Source of the DNA: Blastocatellia bacterium | GTDB taxonomy: Bacteria; Acidobacteriota; Blastocatellia; Pyrinomonadales; Pyrinomonadaceae | Assembly (NCBI GenBank): GCA_963786645.1 | Contig: CAWAZW010000003.1 | Location: forward strand, 6,410-70,409 | DNA: 64,000 nt | Direction: 5' to 3' | In this document: positions 63,155 through 64,000 of the stretch, one piece after another | How the letters are laid out: each line of letters starts with the position of its first letter | Numbering within the stretch: the stretch's first letter is position 1 | Translations under genes and position numbers: made by a program | The notes under the pieces: model-generated | What the model saw: the letters and a program-made list of their open reading frames with translations, nothing else | Told to the model about the DNA's origin: nothing | The model's database searches: none

Positions 63155-64000
63155 ATGCGAGCTATCCCAACGCTCAAGATCAGCATTTCAGGTGTGCGCG
63201 GAGTTGTCGGCGAGTCGCTGACGCCTCTCCTATTAACGCGCTTCGCACAAGCCTTCGGCACTTACGTCGGCTCTGCCACGATTGTGATTGGACATGATCC
63301 TCGCACCTCAAGCGAGATGGTTAAGCAGGCTGTCATCGCAGGGCTTCTGTCCAGCGGATGTCGCGTGATCGATATCGGAATGTGCCCGGTGCCGACAGTT
63401 CAACTGCTCGTGCGCCATCATCGTGCCCATGGAGGCATTGCGATTACCGCCAGCCATAATCCAGCCGAATGGAACGCTCTGAAATTTATCGGCGCCGACG
63501 GACTGTTCCTGAATAGCGGTCAGGCGCGTGAGATGCTCGACATCTATCATCAGGGCGAATATACGAAAGTCGCCGGTTCGGAAATGAGGGAAGTTGAAGA
63601 GATTTCAGGAGCTACTGATCTGCACATTAAGAAAATCTTTGAGGTTCTTGGACCACTGCCGTCGAGGGCCAAACCGCTACGAGTAGTGCTGGATGCTTGC
63701 AATGGCGCTGGTTCACTGGTCGGCCCAAAGTTACTCGAGGCTTTGGGCGTCGAAGTCATTCCGATTAACGTAACTCCAAACGGATTGTTTCCGCGTCCAG
63801 CTGAGCCAGTGGCCGAGAATTTGGGCGACCTTTCCAAGGCCGTCATAGAGCACGGCGCCGATATAGGGTTCGCACAGGATATGGATGCAGACCGGCTGGC
63901 GATCGTCTCGGAGCAGGGAAAAGCGATCGGAGAGGATTACACACTCCTCCTGGCAACACTCTATGTTCTCGGCAAGCAGTTGGGACCAATAGTGGCAAAT
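63155..64000 (+). CDS. alpha-D-phosphohexomutase (phosphomannomutase/phosphoglucomutase-like), canonical; 3' end beyond window
   Basis: The reading frame is open from ATG 63155 to the window edge, so it is absent from the ORF track. It has SGVRGVVG, the canonical GIAITASHNP and the metal loop QDMDADRLA. It is a paralog of the preceding gene. Confidence 0.8.
   Translation, partial: MRAIPTLKISISGVRGVVGESLTPLLLTRFAQAFGTYVGSATIVIGHDPRTSSEMVKQAVIAGLLSSGCRVIDIGMCPVPTVQLLVRHHRAHGGIAITASHNPAEWNALKFIGADGLFLNSGQAREMLDIYHQGEYTKVAGSEMREVEEISGATDLHIKKIFEVLGPLPSRAKPLRVVLDACNGAGSLVGPKLLEALGVEVIPINVTPNGLFPRPAEPVAENLGDLSKAVIEHGADIGFAQDMDADRLAIVSEQGKAIGEDYTLLLATLYVLGKQLGPIVAN

Noticed and set aside
1-64000. 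Genuine large-scale pseudogenisation (genome decay) as the explanation for the broken genes.
   Set aside because: I found no premature stops, deletions or IS elements. The fragments remain full-length and conserved in sequence. The resolved junctions are single-base length changes in homopolymers. This interpretation is still testable with reads, as described in the first finding.
1-64000. A search for tRNA, rRNA, CRISPR arrays, transposases, integrases, toxin-antitoxin pairs and defence genes.
   Set aside because: I found no T-loop or acceptor-like tRNA signatures and no regularly spaced repeat arrays. No ORFs carry recombinase, nuclease or toxin motifs. The only repeats are the short structured intergenic elements reported above.

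Overview
The window is a moderately GC-rich chromosomal segment devoted almost entirely to glycan capture and catabolism. Its gene content looks like Acidobacteriota, which is an inference from three features: three TonB-dependent receptors (TBDRs) with an N-terminal carboxypeptidase-regulatory-like domain and no SusD partner, many secreted TPR proteins, and CRTAC1/ASPIC-UnbV FG-GAP proteins. I saw no rRNA, tRNA, CRISPR array, transposase, integrase or phage genes.

Layout:
1. 184-23390 (+): an alpha-glucan (starch/glycogen) utilisation block. It runs TBDR, two TPR proteins, a secreted hypothetical, GH13, malQ, GH13, SDR, sucrose/maltose-type MFS, a TIMP-like secreted protein, GH13, GH15 glucoamylase and GH31 alpha-glucosidase.
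2. 23676-31812 (-): TBDR, GH3 beta-glucosidase, two small paralogous 2-TM proteins and a GH144-like glycosidase. This looks like a beta-1,2-glucan-type operon.
3. 32228-38702 (+): xylFGH-like CUT2 ABC sugar importer, ROK glucokinase and a phosphofructokinase.
4. 39626-52587: a ToxR/CadC-like membrane-anchored regulator, transcribed divergently from TBDR + (TPR + CRTAC1) x2.
5. 52598-61541 (-): GH3 with PA14 domain, YdjC/ChbG deacetylase, GH3 and GH20 hexosaminidase.
6. 61777-64000 (+): two tandem phosphohexomutase paralogs.

About 40 frameshifts break roughly half of the genes. Five junctions I resolved by hand lie in G or C runs of three to six bases, so I read most of them as assembly indel errors. 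Broken genes are therefore annotated as single merged CDSs.

The leads I consider most interesting are:
- a bacterial TIMP/NTR-like domain whose mature N-terminus is predicted to be Cys-x-Cys
- canonical TPR proteins occupying the SusD position next to TBDRs
- a duplicated TPR + seven-blade FG-GAP cassette
- two uncharacterised small membrane proteins embedded in a glycosidase operon
- several families of structured intergenic repeats
- a phosphohexomutase paralog lacking the catalytic serine
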